Assembly (NCBI GenBank): GCA_002189035.1 | Contig: NEEC01000002.1 | Location: 1,364,001-1,428,000 of the forward strand | Origin: Utricularia gibba | Taxonomy: Eukaryota; Plantae; Magnoliophyta | Reading direction: 5' to 3' | Length of the DNA: 64,000 nucleotides | Shown here: in pieces, positions 32,452-46,400 of the stretch | Layout: every line of letters starts with the position of its first letter | Position numbering within the stretch: position 1 is the first letter of the stretch | Made by a program: the position numbers and the translations under genes | Notes under the pieces: generated by a model | Database searches by the model: none | Told to the model about the DNA's origin: nothing | The model's input: only the letters and a program-made list of their open reading frames with translations

Positions 32452-35400
32452 TCACTCCATGATTTGTGGAGCCAGTCTGAGAGTGACGTCATCATAAGGT
32501 GTCTCTTGATGTACATGAATTAGCTCATGAGTTTTTAGGACCTGCAAAATCAAAACGCTTTAGGATCTACCAAGTTTCAAAACGCCAAAAGGTGAGAGTG
32601 AGAAGAGTAGTCATTAGAACCAACCAAGGTTTCATAGAACATCCTGGCGCATATTTTTCTTGGTTTTCCTTTAAGAATCTCATTCAAACTTAGCTCGTCT
32701 GACGGTGATGGTGTTGTTGAAGATCGATCCCTCAGGAACTGGGCCACGGCTCTGTCAACATATCAGACAAACATGGAATGTGTCACAGCATATCCAACTG
32801 GGAAAGCTTTCTTTTTGTTATCTGGGAAGGGAAAGGGAAGGGAACCTTGTTCTGGAAGACAATTCTAGAAGTTGGGGAGTTCCTTTGGAACTAGAAAGTG
32901 CACGAATTCTCGGCGTTCTTGGGGATCCTATAGGATAAGTTTGCATTTTTCATGTGAACTGTAGTAGAAACTGCATGACTTCAAAGGTTAGCAGCATACC
33001 TGTGGGGGTGTTGTTATCTAGATCTAGAAACCCAAGTTCCTGCATACCAGCAATAGGAAAAAATTCATCAGATGCCCTTTTCACTATCCTCTCATAAATA
33101 TAATCCACCACGTCCAAGAAAAAAAAAAGCTTTTATCACTCATTTTCAACTTCCATTTCCACTTCATTTTAGAATAACCCTTCAAACCTCAGACATTGCC
33201 GGACATCCCATATTGCTTCCCATATTTCATTTGAGAAATTTGTACGAGGATCTTACCTCTGCAAAAGGCTCTGCTTCGGGAACCTCAGGGAGGTCAAATT
33301 GCTCTTCTAGTATTCCCTGCTGGAATGATGTATCGGGGATTTCCATTTCTGCCAAAGGATCTTGAGCTTTTTGTGGAACAGTATTTGAGTTTTCTCCCGG
33401 AAAGAAGTCATTAACATCTGTTAGAGGCAACACAGTTGAAAAACTAGGCAGGCCATTCCTCTCCACTGGAAACTCAGATCGCATGTGTTCAATCTCTATA
33501 GTGTTATCAGTTCCGGGCGTAGGAGGTTGAGCAGTGTTCACATCTTGATGAACATTTTCCTCCTCTGTAATGAGATGAAATCTTTCTGGGATTACATCAC
33601 TCATGCTGTATAATCCATGAAGATCAGCACAAGCGCCTGTAGGAAAACATACAAAATATGAAAACCATGAACATCATTGCAAGTGACAATCAATAGTAAG
33701 AAGCACCAACCATCTGTGTACGAATTGGCAAGGAGGCCATTTTTTTTGAGTTGCAACTTCTTATTTCGTTTCCAAATAGCAAGAGAAGAGGTTGGACAAT
33801 CTCCCTTATCCCGAATGATATCTCTGGGATCATTTTGCATATCCCGAATGAACCTATGATTATCATAATGCATCATCAGAAGTGGGAAACAGATTCAGTT
33901 TTGGGGATAATGCACTAGAAAGAAAGAAAATTACTTATTAGATAAAACAATGGCCTCATCAAAAGGCTGCCTTTTCCTCTTCCTCCTCGTAACACGCTGG
34001 TTAAAAATTGGAGTCGGTGGCATTATAGGTTGATCCGGTGATCTTTGAACTGCAAAAGCATATATATGGCATGTGATACATGTACATAACAATACAATGG
34101 CGAACAGCAAGAACTGCACTCACCATCAAGGATATCCAGGTTTGCAGAAGGTAGCTCCTCGTTGATGTGGGGTGATGTATAAATGCTAGTTCTTTCAGGA
34201 GATAGCACATCTCTTGCCATCGGAGTGATGCTTTCTCGCATTATTTCGTCAACCAGGATTTCGTCCGGAGCTACACGATTAGGCAATATTGGTGACATAT
34301 TAAAATCGAAGTTGTCTCCAGCAGCCATCTGAATTTCAATACTTCGTTGTCCCTGAGTAAAACCACTTTTATCTTTTGTTGCATCCTCTGGGGCTTTGTT
34401 CAAAGCATCATGATCCAGTAATACTGATGACATATCGAAATTAAAAGTGTCCCCAGCAGCCATCTGGTTTTCAATACTTCTGTGTCCTAGGGGACTTGTA
34501 TCTCCAATACTTGAGGGATCCTCAAAAACAGCAGCTACATCTACAGCTTGAGGAGGGGAACTGGAATATGAATGTGAAACATCAGAAAGAAGAGCTAAAA
34601 GTGGTGCAAGAACTCAATTTTAAAATTACTCTAAAACCATACTCCTGTTGCATTGGTGCAGGCTCTTCTTGCAGAAATTCTGGTATGGATCCGGAAGGCC
34701 CTGCGACATGCTATAAAAAAGAAATTTTTTTTAATGATAAGCGGGATCTATATTAAATTTAACAGAAAAGATGCTGCACCTGAGCATTGATAGTGATATT
34801 CTGATCATTTGCAACCGGTATTTCATCTGCAGAATCAAGCATTCAAGTGACAGCGTTCAACATAAGACTTGAAGATGTTTACACAACATTCAAAGATGCA
34901 ATAAGAACCTGGCAATGTTATGTCCTCCTGACTGCTAGTATGAGAATCAGGCCTAAAAATTAGAAACCAATTAACACCGGGTAAAAAAATACAATGTCCA
35001 AGAAAACAAAACAATCTAAGCGGCTTCTATAAAAACTCACAGAACATTTGGGTCGATATCCAATTCCACAGAGTCAAGTTGAAGTTGCTGGGGCAACATT
35101 ACCACCTGCTCATGAGATGCATCATCCGGAGGATTGGCATTCGTTGAAGGAAATCGGTTTAAATTACATTCTATAACCCTGATGTCTTTATAAAGATAGT
35201 CAACTTTTTTAGCGTATATGCGCACAACTCCATAAAGTAGATGTCCAGACATTCTCAACGCAATGGCTACTGATGGATACATGATCTGCTCTGTTAAATC
35301 AATTCAAACATATCAGTTTTCTGAATCATCAGCAATATTGGCAAAAAATTATCAGTAACAAGCATTCAAGATATCAAAACAAAATCACCAGCGATAAACA

Positions 35401-35726
35401 TCATTCTTTAGGGGATATAAACTGATATATCTCCACAGGGCTCAGAAAACTGCCAATGACAAAGAATGTACATAAAGCCCCAATAATTGGTCCCAAAAGA
35501 TAAATGGGTCACTCTTTCTGACATTCCAAACCAAATAGTAAGTCAAAAGCTCGAGCTTGTAACAGAAACATTTGTTTTTCCTTTCAATGAAAAACCGCTT
35601 ACCAACAGTGGCGACCAAGTCAGTGTGAATGTAATGGTTCTTCTTGAGCCTGTTCTGGACATGGGCGGCATACCAAACAGTGCCCAAAGCGCTCTTCTTT
35701 GACAACAAATTAACCGAGTAGAACAT
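32452..35726 (-). CDS. SYN3: Kleisin cohesin subunit RAD21 family, SYN3/RAD21.2-like, multi-exon
   Basis: N-terminal Rad21 domain MFYSVNLLSKKSALGTVWYAAHVQNRLKK..|..IALRMSGHLLYGVVRIYAKKVDYL; C-terminal winged helix LSSRTR|AVAQFL..LSLNEILKGKPRKICARMFYETL|VLKTHELIHVHQETPYDDVTL. All exons join in frame. Confidence 0.9.
34294..34491. repeat. In-frame internal duplication (135-bp period) within SYN3
   Basis: Nucleotide similarity between 34294-34357 and 34429-34491; protein GHRSIENQMAAGDTFNFDMS / GQRSIEIQMAAGDNFDFNMS. Confidence 0.85.
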
Positions 35727-35984
35727 ACTCTTCTCCGAAGAGAACTAAGAAGGGGAAATCAGGTAATAAAAAGTTCAAACAAGAAAAGGGGCAGCCTGGA
35801 AATCGGACAAACACTTGCGAAGAGCGAACAGGCAACCGAACGAATGAACCACGGAGGGAAGAGAATGGCGGACGAAAGAAGACAGCCGAAGAGGCATTTT
35901 TTACCGCCATTTCTTCGAACTCCTTTTCGTAACAAACTTTTAGCGGGAAGAATTAGCACTAATAAAAATAAAAATTCAATACAT

Positions 35985-36070
35985 TGGGCCACAGTGAGGG
36001 ATTAAGGCCTAGGCCCAATGTTCACGCACGTTGGGCCCGATGAATCGACAGCTACAATTGGCGCGGCTCT
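35985..36070. promoter_or_regulatory. SYN3/GDI divergent promoter: site II elements and an E2F-consensus site
   Basis: TGGGCC at 35985 and 36032, GGCCCA at 36012; ATTGGCGC (WTTSSCSS) at 36057-36064. Confidence 0.45.
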
Positions 36071-36608
36071 TCAGGAGTCTACGTGGCAAAGCATCACCGC
36101 TTGGAGTTCTATTGACCAATCGGGAATCGCCATTGTATCACCAGCACCCGCTTCGAACAGAAAACACTTTTTTGGAATTTTAATTTATTGCGAAATTAAA
36201 ATTGACCGCAGAATCATTAATTAGATTAGCAATTAATTACCTACTCTTTTATTTAATCAAAATTAGGTGTACTTAGTCGCTAATAAATATTATATTTAAT
36301 TATAAGGGGATGATGAAGCACTTAACGGCTGGATTATCTCTTAATTACCGTTCAATCATTATCTGGCGAGAGGGGTATTTTCGGAAAAAGTGGACACAGG
36401 AAATTATTACACAATTTGGGGGTAATGAGCAGGAAGCCCTACACTACGGGTCCCAATCACACTTCCTCATTTCTCCACCAAAGACGGTTGAGATCGGGAG
36501 CAAAATCGAGATCGCTGTTCGTTGCGTCGCCGGACACTTGACCCAAACCCTACAAGTGTAGGATCCTTTTGAGCGTGTTAGATTTCTTTTGTGTTCCTCG
36601 AATCGGAT

Positions 36609-39391
36609 ATGGATGAAGAATACGACGTGATAGTCCTGGGGACGGGCCTCAAGGAATGCATCCTCAGCGGTCTTTTGTCTGTCGATGGCCTCAAGGTTGG
36701 TTGCGATCTAGTTCATTTCAGGTTCCATGAATGTGCGGCTTAGGTTGGTTGGTCGCTGCGGGGAAGGTCCGGGTTTTGGGATTCTTTCGGTTGTCCACTT
36801 CATCTGATTTGGTTTTTTGTAGGCTATGTCGAGATTTGAACTTTATAATGCCTCTTATCGTTTTTTTGACGGATGTAAGATCCTTTCGTTTTTTGGTTTT
36901 AGATTGGGTACGTGTAATTCGATATGATTGGAACGAAAGTCTTTCTTGTTTTCTGTTTTAGGTTTGTATTTATTTTCAGGTATTTGACCTGCTCATCATT
37001 TTGAATTGATAATAGGTATTGCACATGGATCGCAATGATTATTATGGTGGAGAGTCTACATCACTCAATCTCATTCAGGTAGTTCTTCGGTTTTGAAGCT
37101 TAGCTGATGACTGCTTGATATCCTATGACTGAAATGGTTTTGGTTTGAATTTCTAAGCTTTGGAAGAGATTCCGTGGTAGCGATCAGCCTCCAGCTCACT
37201 TGGGTTCTAGCCGAGATTATAATGTTGACATGATCCCTAAGGTTCTCGTACTAAATATGTGGATCTTTGCTACTTTTGGGTTTTTTTTTTTAATTTTTCT
37301 CCTATTTTTTCAGTTTATTATGGCAAATGGAGAACTCGTGAGGGTTCTCATTCATACTGATGTTACCAAATATTTATATTTTAAAGCTGTGGATGGGAGC
37401 TTTGTTTACAACAAAGGGAAGGTATAATCTTTTTCCTTTGTGTGGGTTGTTTGTTTTTTTGGTAATTCCTTCACCTTCCATTTGATTTTCCAACCAACTT
37501 CACTGGAGCAGATCCACAAAGTTCCTGCAAATGATATGGAGGCCCTCAAGTCCCCGCTTATGGGAATCTTTGAAAAGAGGCGTGCCCGAAAATTTTTCAT
37601 TTATGTTCAGGATTACAATGAGACTGATCCCAGAACACATGAAGGTCTAGATCTGACGACAATAACAACTCGAGATCTCATCAAGTATGGAGTGTGACTA
37701 CCACTTTGAGTTCTTTGGGTTTGGAAAGTTTATATTACACATTTGAGTCCTATGCTGTTTTACAAGAATGCCTATTTCAAAATCATAACAGGAGGTATGG
37801 CCTTGATGACAACACTGTGGACTTTATCGGTCATGCATTGGCTCTCCACAGAGATGATCGATACTTGGATGAGCCAGCACTGGACACTGTGAAGAGGATG
37901 AAGGTTTTTCTTCTTATTCATGATCAAGGAGCTTTCTTTGCATCTTCCTTTGTGTTAACTTGTAGTACGGTATCCATGGTAGCTTTATGCTGAGTCACTT
38001 ACACGTTTTGCTGGAGGATCTCCATACATCTATCCTCTGTATGGCCTTGGTGAATTGCCCCAGGTCTGTATCTATAGATAGAATTCGACATGCTTGCTCA
38101 AGCTGTAGCTGCATCATATATTCATTCTTGCTTTCTTCTGAACATTGAGCAGGCTTTTGCTCGGTTAAGTGCAGTATACGGTGGGACATACATGTTGAAC
38201 AAACCGGAGTGCAAGGTGCACAACTCATGCTTTATCATGAATAATAATTGATCATGAATAAAGTATGAAGAATTTGGTTTTACTGTTTTTATGAGTAAAA
38301 AATGTGACTTCGCCCAGCCACCATGCTGGGAGGAGGGTTTAGTGAGCATGTTGGTGGCGTGACATAATTTGACTATTGTAATGGTTTTGGTTGCTTGCAT
38401 GTGTGTGGATCGTAGCGTATCTGTAATTTTTTGCTTAAGTTACATACACTCAGGTGGAGTTTGACGAGGAAGGGAAGGCTTATGGGGTTACATCGGAAGG
38501 CGAAACAGCCAAGTGTAAGAAAGTTGTATGTGATCCATCCTACCTTTCTAACAAGGTAAGAGATATATCTTCCTGCCTGAATGTAAAGCTCTGGTTTTTT
38601 TGCATCTGTAATAACCTGGCGCATCTTGCAGGTTAGGAAGGTTGGTAAAGTTGCTAGGGCCATTGCTATTATGAGTCACCCAATTCCAAACACTAATGAG
38701 GCTCACTCAACACAAGTCATCCTTCCACAAAAGCAGTTAGGTCGCAGATCAGACATGTGAGTAACCTATCTAAACTGTATGCTTTTAGAGAATCAGCCAC
38801 ATTCGTTGTAATGATGTCAACATACGAATGCATAAGGCGCCACAGGATTCACCTTCATGTGTCAATTTTGTTGTGCAGGTACTTATTTTGTTGCTCGTAT
38901 TCTCATAATGTTGCTCCCAAAGGGAAGTACATTGCTTTTGTCTCCACTGAAGCAGAAACCGACGACCCGGCAACTGAACTAAAGCCTGGCGTTGATCTAC
39001 TGGGGCCTATTGACGAGATCTTTTTTGAGACATATGACAGATTTGAACCCGTCAATGAGCCTTCTTTAGACAATTGCTTCATATCTACTGTAAGTCTACG
39101 GAGGCTGAAGTTCTTGACCGTTTTTCTGGCATTTTCTATTATCCACCAACTCACGCGTTTTCTCAACAGAGTTACGATGCATCCACCCACTTCGAGTCCA
39201 CCGTTGCGGATGTGCTGAACATGTATACCATGATCACTGGAAAGGTGAGAAACGTAGTTGATGCTTCGCATATGTATCTATAAATTCCAGTCTGCGTGTG
39301 CGATGCGGGTAGTTGACCTGATGCTACTCCCATTTTTCAGGTCCTGGACTTAAACGTGGACTTGAGCGCCGCCAGCGCCGCCGAAGAATAA
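36609..39391 (+). CDS. GDI1/GDI2: Rab GDP dissociation inhibitor, 13 exons
   Basis: [29 protein letters not shown]|[14 protein letters not shown]..|..[17 protein letters not shown]|[21 protein letters not shown]|..[12 protein letters not shown]..|[16 protein letters not shown]. Confidence 0.97.
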
Positions 39392-40132
39392 GAGATGATT
39401 CACTCTCAGTTATTGCGTTCTCGCCACCACAATGAAGCTCTGTAAAAAAACAAAAAAAGTAACTTTTACCGTCATTGTATCTCCTCCCCTGTGCTTGGGA
39501 AGAGATGGTCTGTGTACTGTGTAGGTGTCGTTTCTCGTTTGGGTGTCAACTCCTGTTCTTGCTGGTGGTTCCAATCAAGGGGATTTTGAAAAGTGCCGTC
39601 TTGCTACAAATTGCAGCAGTAAATAGCAAAGTAAACGTAGTTCTGAGCTGGTGGTGAGAAATGAAGAAGCCACGTGTTGCGGACAGGGACTTTTTAACAG
39701 TATGGTAAGAGATGGACACCAGAAAACAACTGTTGTCTTCCCTAAAACATTGTGACGATTACTACTCAGGAGTCAAGGGGCTCACACGTGTTAGATGAGA
39801 TGTAAAAGCTATGGCCTGAGGCGAAAGCCACTACTGTAGGTGTAGAGTTTTGAATGTTTGAGCGAGAAAAAGGAACCCACGTAGAAGTAGTACCAATCTA
39901 TTCCCAAGCCTTTCTTTTTCTTCTCCTTCGCCCGCGGCGCCTCCGTGGACGCTGCTTGGGAACCCGCGTTTCCCTTGATTAGGAGAAGATTGGATTCAGA
40001 AGTTTTCATTGATTTGGGATCTGTGTCTCTTGCGTAAGTTTTTATGGGTCTTCTAGTGGTAATCTTGATTGGGTCGGCCTGATTTTCTCCCCTTCATTTG
40101 TTGGGTTGTTGCATCAGTTTGGGATTCTGAGG

Positions 40133-42914
40133 ATGGTGAAGGAAACGGAGTATTACGATGTGCTGGGCGTTAGCCCTACGGCCACCGAGTCCGAAATCAA
40201 AAAGGCGTATTATGTAAAGGTGCGATCTTTTATCTTCAGCAATTGATTTGGTTCTATTCTAATTCTGCGTTGCAATTTTTTTTTGTTGACCTTCTAATTC
40301 GTCAATCGTCTTGGATGCTGAAATGATGCGGCTGATTTCCCATAGTTTTCTGTTGGAAATCTATTGATATTTTGTGGTTTTAGTATGAGAATTTGGATGA
40401 TATCAATGAGGATCTTTGGTGAAAAATGGATGGGGAGACGAAGCTTGATCTTTAATTGTGTTTTTGTGCTTCTTAAAAAGTGATGGAATGAATCTTGCTT
40501 TTGGATGAGAAGGTGTGGGAAAGCTTGCATACTTTTTTCCTCTCAGATTTGCTCTGAAGCTCTTTTTTCCATTGCTTCTTGGTAGCTTACTTTTGATATT
40601 CCTGTCCTATTTGTGGTGCCAGTTTACTTAGTTACTTTTCTTTTTGATGACTGCGTTCATTGTGTGACTTGTAGGCTAGGCAAGTGCATCCGGATAAAAA
40701 CCCAAATGATCCGTTGGCAGCACAGAATTTTCAGGTGAGGATATAGAAAGATAGGGTTTTCTTGGGTTCTCATTGAAAAAAGTAGGTATAGCACCCGGCA
40801 GCGTTTAAATGGATTATAGCAAGTGAAACCCTTTGAAAGTTGTACTGTTGATAATTCCTGTGTTTTCTATCAGATTTTGGGCGAGGCTTATCAAGTGCTG
40901 AGTGATCCATCACAAAGACGGGCGTATGATGATTATGGGAAAACAGGAATTTCAACGTCAGATCACTGTGCTTTACATAGTTAGATTGTGTGTGATTGTG
41001 TTACCTTCTAAGGCTTAAAGTGTTGTTTAATTCCTTCTAGGGATTCAATTATTGACCCTGCTGCAATTTTCGCAATGCTCTTTGGGAGTGAACTCTTTGA
41101 GGATTACATAGGCCAGCTTGCAATGGCATCAATGGCTTCTTTGGATGGTTTTGCTGAGGGAGAGGAGTTTGACACTAAAAAGTTGCAGGAAAAAATGCGG
41201 GTAAAGCTTCTTTTACTTCATAGATTTTTTTTTAAAAAAAAGAAAAGAAAAACCTCTCACAATAACTCCGTTTTCTTGATTAATTCATTTGGAAGTATTT
41301 AAGTGTTATGCAGTAAAAACGGATTTCCCTTTCATCTGGTATATTTTCATGGCAACATTCACATATTTAGTAAATTAATTCCTGTTTCAGAACAAACTGA
41401 CCTCATGGCTTAAATTTACATTCACATGTTAGGGAAACTACTCATTTTCCCTTTCTTCAGAGTATTCAAAAGGAAAGGGAAGAGAAGCTTGCTGGCATTC
41501 TCAGGGATAAACTCCACCTTTACGTGCAAGGAAGTAGAGAAGAGTTCATTCATTTTGCGGAAGCAGAAGTATCAAGGCTCTCTAATGCAGGTAAGATATA
41601 CTCTCTTTGTTGTACCTGTCGTTTTTTTTAAAAAAAATCTTTAATGATTTGTTTTCTTTCTCCTTCATTAGCAAAAGCTTTTTTGTTCCCTCATTTTTAA
41701 CGTCATTACCTACACACGGATTCAACCTCTTCATTGTTTCTCATAGTTTATCGAAGAACACATTTTCTAATTCAGTCGTTTTAACTTGTGCCTTTTCTTC
41801 AACTGATTTTTTTTCTGTGGCATTTAAAGATCTCATGCACATTAAATATGTAACAGCTTATGGTGTCGATATGCTTAGTACCATCGGCTATATATATTCA
41901 AGGCAAGCTGCAAAAGAGCTAGGGAAAAAGGTCATGTACTTAGGGGTACCATTTGTTGCTGAGTGGTTCAGAACCAAAGGGCATTTCATCAAATCTCAAG
42001 TAACAGCCGCAACAGGTTAGTTTTTTCCTCTCCTTGTTTCTGCATGGTGCACTAGTATGGAAAAAAACAGTATGAAGCATTTTATTTTCGTCCATAGGTG
42101 CAATTGCTTTGATTCAGTTGCAAGAAGATATGAAGAAACAGCTCAGTGCCTCTGGGAACTATACCGAGGGCGAACTTGAACAGTACATACAATCACACAA
42201 GAAATTGATGACCGATTCCCTCTGGAAGTTAAATGTCGCAGATATTGAAGCCACACTCTCTCGTGTTTGTCAGATGGTTAGCAATGCAAATACCTCCTTT
42301 GTGTGTTTCTTTTTCAAATGTCTTCAGGTTCTCACATCCATGTTTCATTTAGATTCTTCAAGATAATTCTGTGAAGAAAGAAGAACTCCGGTTGCGTGCA
42401 AAGGCTTTGAAGTGTCTTGGAAAAATATTTCAGGTATCATGAATTTCTACAATCATTTGGTGATGCTCCAGTCTTTGTATATAACTGAATTTTCCTTTCG
42501 CAGAGTGTAAAATCGGTTAACGGGAGTGAAGATGATGGGATTCTTGGTGAACCCAGCATCAAATTGACTGGAAATGATCCTAGTAAAAATGGTGGCACAT
42601 CCACTAGATCTATAAACGATGCGGAAACCCCATATTATGCTCCACCAGTCCAGGTATAACATAATACCTTTCTACATGTCTACCTCCCCATTCCTTTGCA
42701 TGCGAACATTTTTTGGGTTTCTATCATACCCAGAATTGGAGGTTATAAATGAAACAAGTGGATTTAAGTTTTTACAGTATGTTAACTGGTGATAGAAGCA
42801 CACTGACTTCCATCTATCTTCCAGAGCCCTTATGTGGAGGCACCACAGTCTTCTGGACCTCATTTCAACTTTCCGATGCCAACTGCACCACGGGGCTCTC
42901 ATGGTCATCCATAA
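40133..42914 (+). CDS. Chaperone DnaJ 10-like protein (J domain plus DnaJ-X domain), 10 exons
   Basis: [29 protein letters not shown]|[12 protein letters not shown]..|[12 protein letters not shown]..|..[19 protein letters not shown]..|[25 protein letters not shown]..|[20 protein letters not shown]; HPD motif intact. Confidence 0.94.
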
Positions 42915-43486
42915 GAATGTGGATGGAGGCTGAATCTTAGATCACTGTCTCTGAAATGCGCTATCTATTTTATCAGTTGCATGTTTTAATTTTCCATCGT
43001 GTGTTGTGTACAGAAGAGTGTGGGATCTCAGAAACTTGATGATGGCATGCTTTTGTGTAGTCGTTGATGTCCAACTAGATGGATGGATGGCTAGATAGGA
43101 CAGTTTGATAAGTCGGTTGGCTCTCTGGCTGGCTACATTTGAGTGTTGTGCACCACTCAGGTTTGGTGACGGTTTATTCAGTTATCTTCAGATTTCACAA
43201 GTACATTCGTTGATTCCTATGGGAATTCAAATGCTTTGAACTGCATGTAAGCTTTGGTGGTTTCAAATCTATTTCACATTTATTTAAATCAAAGTAGGAA
43301 GCTTCAAGTTCACCAGAATTGGCATCAGAACAAGGGATTTTCATTTATCAAAACAAGCATGCGAACAGTGAGTGTGGTGGACTCAATAACATTGAATCTC
43401 CAACTCGTTCTATCAAGTTTTGGCTGCAAATGCTTTGTAGGGATGCTGTAACAAAAAATGGGCAAAACCTGCACATCGCCAGTTCC

Positions 43487-46400
43487 TCACTTGACCAATT
43501 TTGTTAGTCGTTTCTCTCCTTGAGAAGCCACCTTGTTGTGTGGTTCGAGCACACGTGCATGCTTGAAGTCTGCAAAAGGCACAGAGTCGGATTTTTAAGA
43601 GGACTATGGCTGAATGACAATACTACGAATGCTGCAGTTTCCGGTGTCTCGTGAATCAAAACTAACGCAGACAAAGGATGGTTGCCAACCTTGAAGAGCC
43701 TCCTTATAGAGACAGAGTGACTCCCTAGCGGTTCCTCGCCTCAAATAGGCTTTCACATTCTGCAGAGGAAGAAGATAAGTTCAGCTTGCTTTGAAAAAAA
43801 AAATAGCACTCGATCCCGAAGATCCAGAACAAAAGAAAGAAAATGTCCTTTTCAAGTTGGATATCAACAGCTGCATGCTCCTCAGGGATAGAAAGTGTGG
43901 TAGTCCCGAATACAATTCTTTCATCAGAAAAAGTGTAGGTACGAAAGCACAAAGTCCATAAAGGGTTGTTGATGAGTGGAATTAACCCTTTGAAGAGTGT
44001 GTGGCCACGGATTTCTCCCAACAAAAGTTCCAAGAAAATAAAGGAAAGGATACAAACTCACTTTCTTATCAAGAGTTAATGCTTTGCTGCAATCCTGTTC
44101 AGATTGTTGAAAACTGCAAGAGTTACAGAGCCTTGTAGTCAGAGAAAAAAAGAGGCTAACAGTATAATAAAACGCCCATATTAAAAGACTATGAGTACAA
44201 ACCATCCCAACTCCAAATAAGCAGCAGCCCGATTGCAATAGTACGTTGCATCTGTCTCATTTAATTTTATTGCCTCTGTATAGTAGCTTACAGCCTTATT
44301 CCACTGCTTCCCCTTGTAAGCTGCGTTACCCTGCAAAATTTTTTTGGGAGACAAGAGTATAATAACCAAAATGATGAACAAAAGAAGCATCATCATAGCA
44401 CCGAAGAACCAATTTTGGAAAGAAAAGGCAACGGCGCACCTTTTCTTTTAGAATGCAAGCAGCATCCACATCACCATTTATGAGCGGCGATGGCAAGGAA
44501 GCAGATGCACAACGGGCTTCTTCAAGAGAAGAATACACATCCAAAACGGTATCAAGTAGGAATTTATCAAAACCATGAGAAGCGATGAATGATATGGAAA
44601 CTGGAAAGTCATCATATTTTCCTAATGGAATGGCAACCTGAAAACAAGAGAAACTGGTAAGGCAAAATTAATGAGAAGACTGAGTAGACAATGGACCAGT
44701 TGGCTGTCTTAGAAAAATTGAATGGATGCGAGGTACGTTAATAAGTATTACCTGGCAGGCCCCAGACATAGTGGCAATGCTCAATAAAGCAAAGATTCTA
44801 TCCTTAAACCCAACGGGAAGACTTTTTCCTGCCTTCAGTTTGGGTGGAGGATCAGCAACTGTTGGAAGTACTAATATACCATCATCCTTGAAAAAAGGAA
44901 AACATTACTGATGTCAAAATGAGTACACACATTTGCCGCACAGCTCTAATTTTTTACATTAGAGTGCACGAAGACTGGCTTCTACCCTAATGCTATTGCA
45001 GGGTATAGATTCCCAACACTATAGGGCTGTATTATCCCACCGTCTACAATTTTCACTCTTACAGTGAACTTTAATTTTTAAAACAAAAAGAAGAAGGCAA
45101 CACCAAGTGTAACTCATATATCTTGATACGTGCCCCACATCATCTTCAGGTATCCAAAGAAAAGAAATAAATCCAACTGGAAAAATATTCATAAGCACCT
45201 TTAAAAGACTCTGTACAGCAGCTCGCATTTCCTTTCTGATTTGATATAAAACTTTCATGTTATCTGGTGTCGAGTTAATTGCATCCCATATATGATTTGA
45301 AACTTCAGGTCCTAAACTGGGCTTGTTAGATCTAAACCACTCATCATGAGTTGATTTAAACTCGTACCTGAAGCAGAACCCATAACAGGATACACATATT
45401 TTAGTTTAGACCCATGATCAGAATAACCAGCTTAACTCCAGGACTCGCTCAGACCTCTGCATTAAAAGCATTACTGAAGACAGTGCCTTCAGAGTAGCAA
45501 TTCCATCTTTCTGGTTTTTTAATTCTTCATCATACATTCTCAGGCTTGGCACTTTTGAGGCTATGTACTGGCAAAAATTTACGTGCTCAGGGCTTGTGTC
45601 TGTGTCCATTTTGCATAAGAGAACTCAGATGAAGCCAAAATCTATCGTTTCACAGAGCATACACAATGCAGCTCTTCACTTGTCAACTCATTTATAAAGA
45701 AAGAGGGGAAAAATTGCAAATACCATAGTGTAAACATACTTACAGCCATGTAACTTCTCTGTTGCTTTGGCAACGACATTAACAGTCCATTGAATAGGGA
45801 CCTTAGATAGCTGAAATAGGTCATCAGCTATAATAATCCGCCTTGTCCTTTTTGGTTCTAGCAGATTTAGCTGAAGGAGCACATGGCCCACCCGATTCAA
45901 AATGGATGGATCAGATGCCAAGAAACCTGAGGAGAAATATTTATGCCAAATGTTGCAATATAATCTCTTCCAGAAAATTTTGCACAAAAATATACACACC
46001 GAAAAGGTATGAGGTGATGCAATGATCAAAACTAACTAAAATCTCATTCTTCTTATGAAAGGTATCCTTTCCAAAAAAAAAAAAAAAACAAAACTTGAAA
46101 ATCACCTTACCTACACGAAAACATACTATGTGAAAGTGAAGGTAATGTTTAGCTAAGAAAATACCGCAGCATCGAAAAATAGAGGGAGAGAAGAGCATAC
46201 CTACAGTTTCCAGACTCTGTGAATTCTGCAAAACGCCAATACTAGATACTACACCATGAGACGGTCTGAAGCCAAAGACACCACAGAATGATGCTGGAAC
46301 TCTTATGCCACCAAATGTATCAGTACCTACAAGATTCGGCCATCTGTTTTAAAAAGGGAATGTTTACAAGATAAGACAAAATCACACTCACATAAAGACT

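Noticed and set aside
2615-39674. Identical 15-mer AATGAAGAAGCCACG in the WRKY and DnaJ promoters
   Set aside because: A few chance 15-mer matches are expected in 64 kb, and the flanks do not align.
39809-40009. 66-aa minus-strand ORF with a basic plus hydrophobic look
   Set aside because: It is the reverse complement of the CT-rich 5' UTR/promoter of the DnaJ gene, which explains the Lys/Glu codons.
46280-46340. OM64 amidase catalytic Ser replaced by Gly (GTDTFGGIR)
   Set aside because: Known feature of TOC64/OM64 pseudo-amidase domains.
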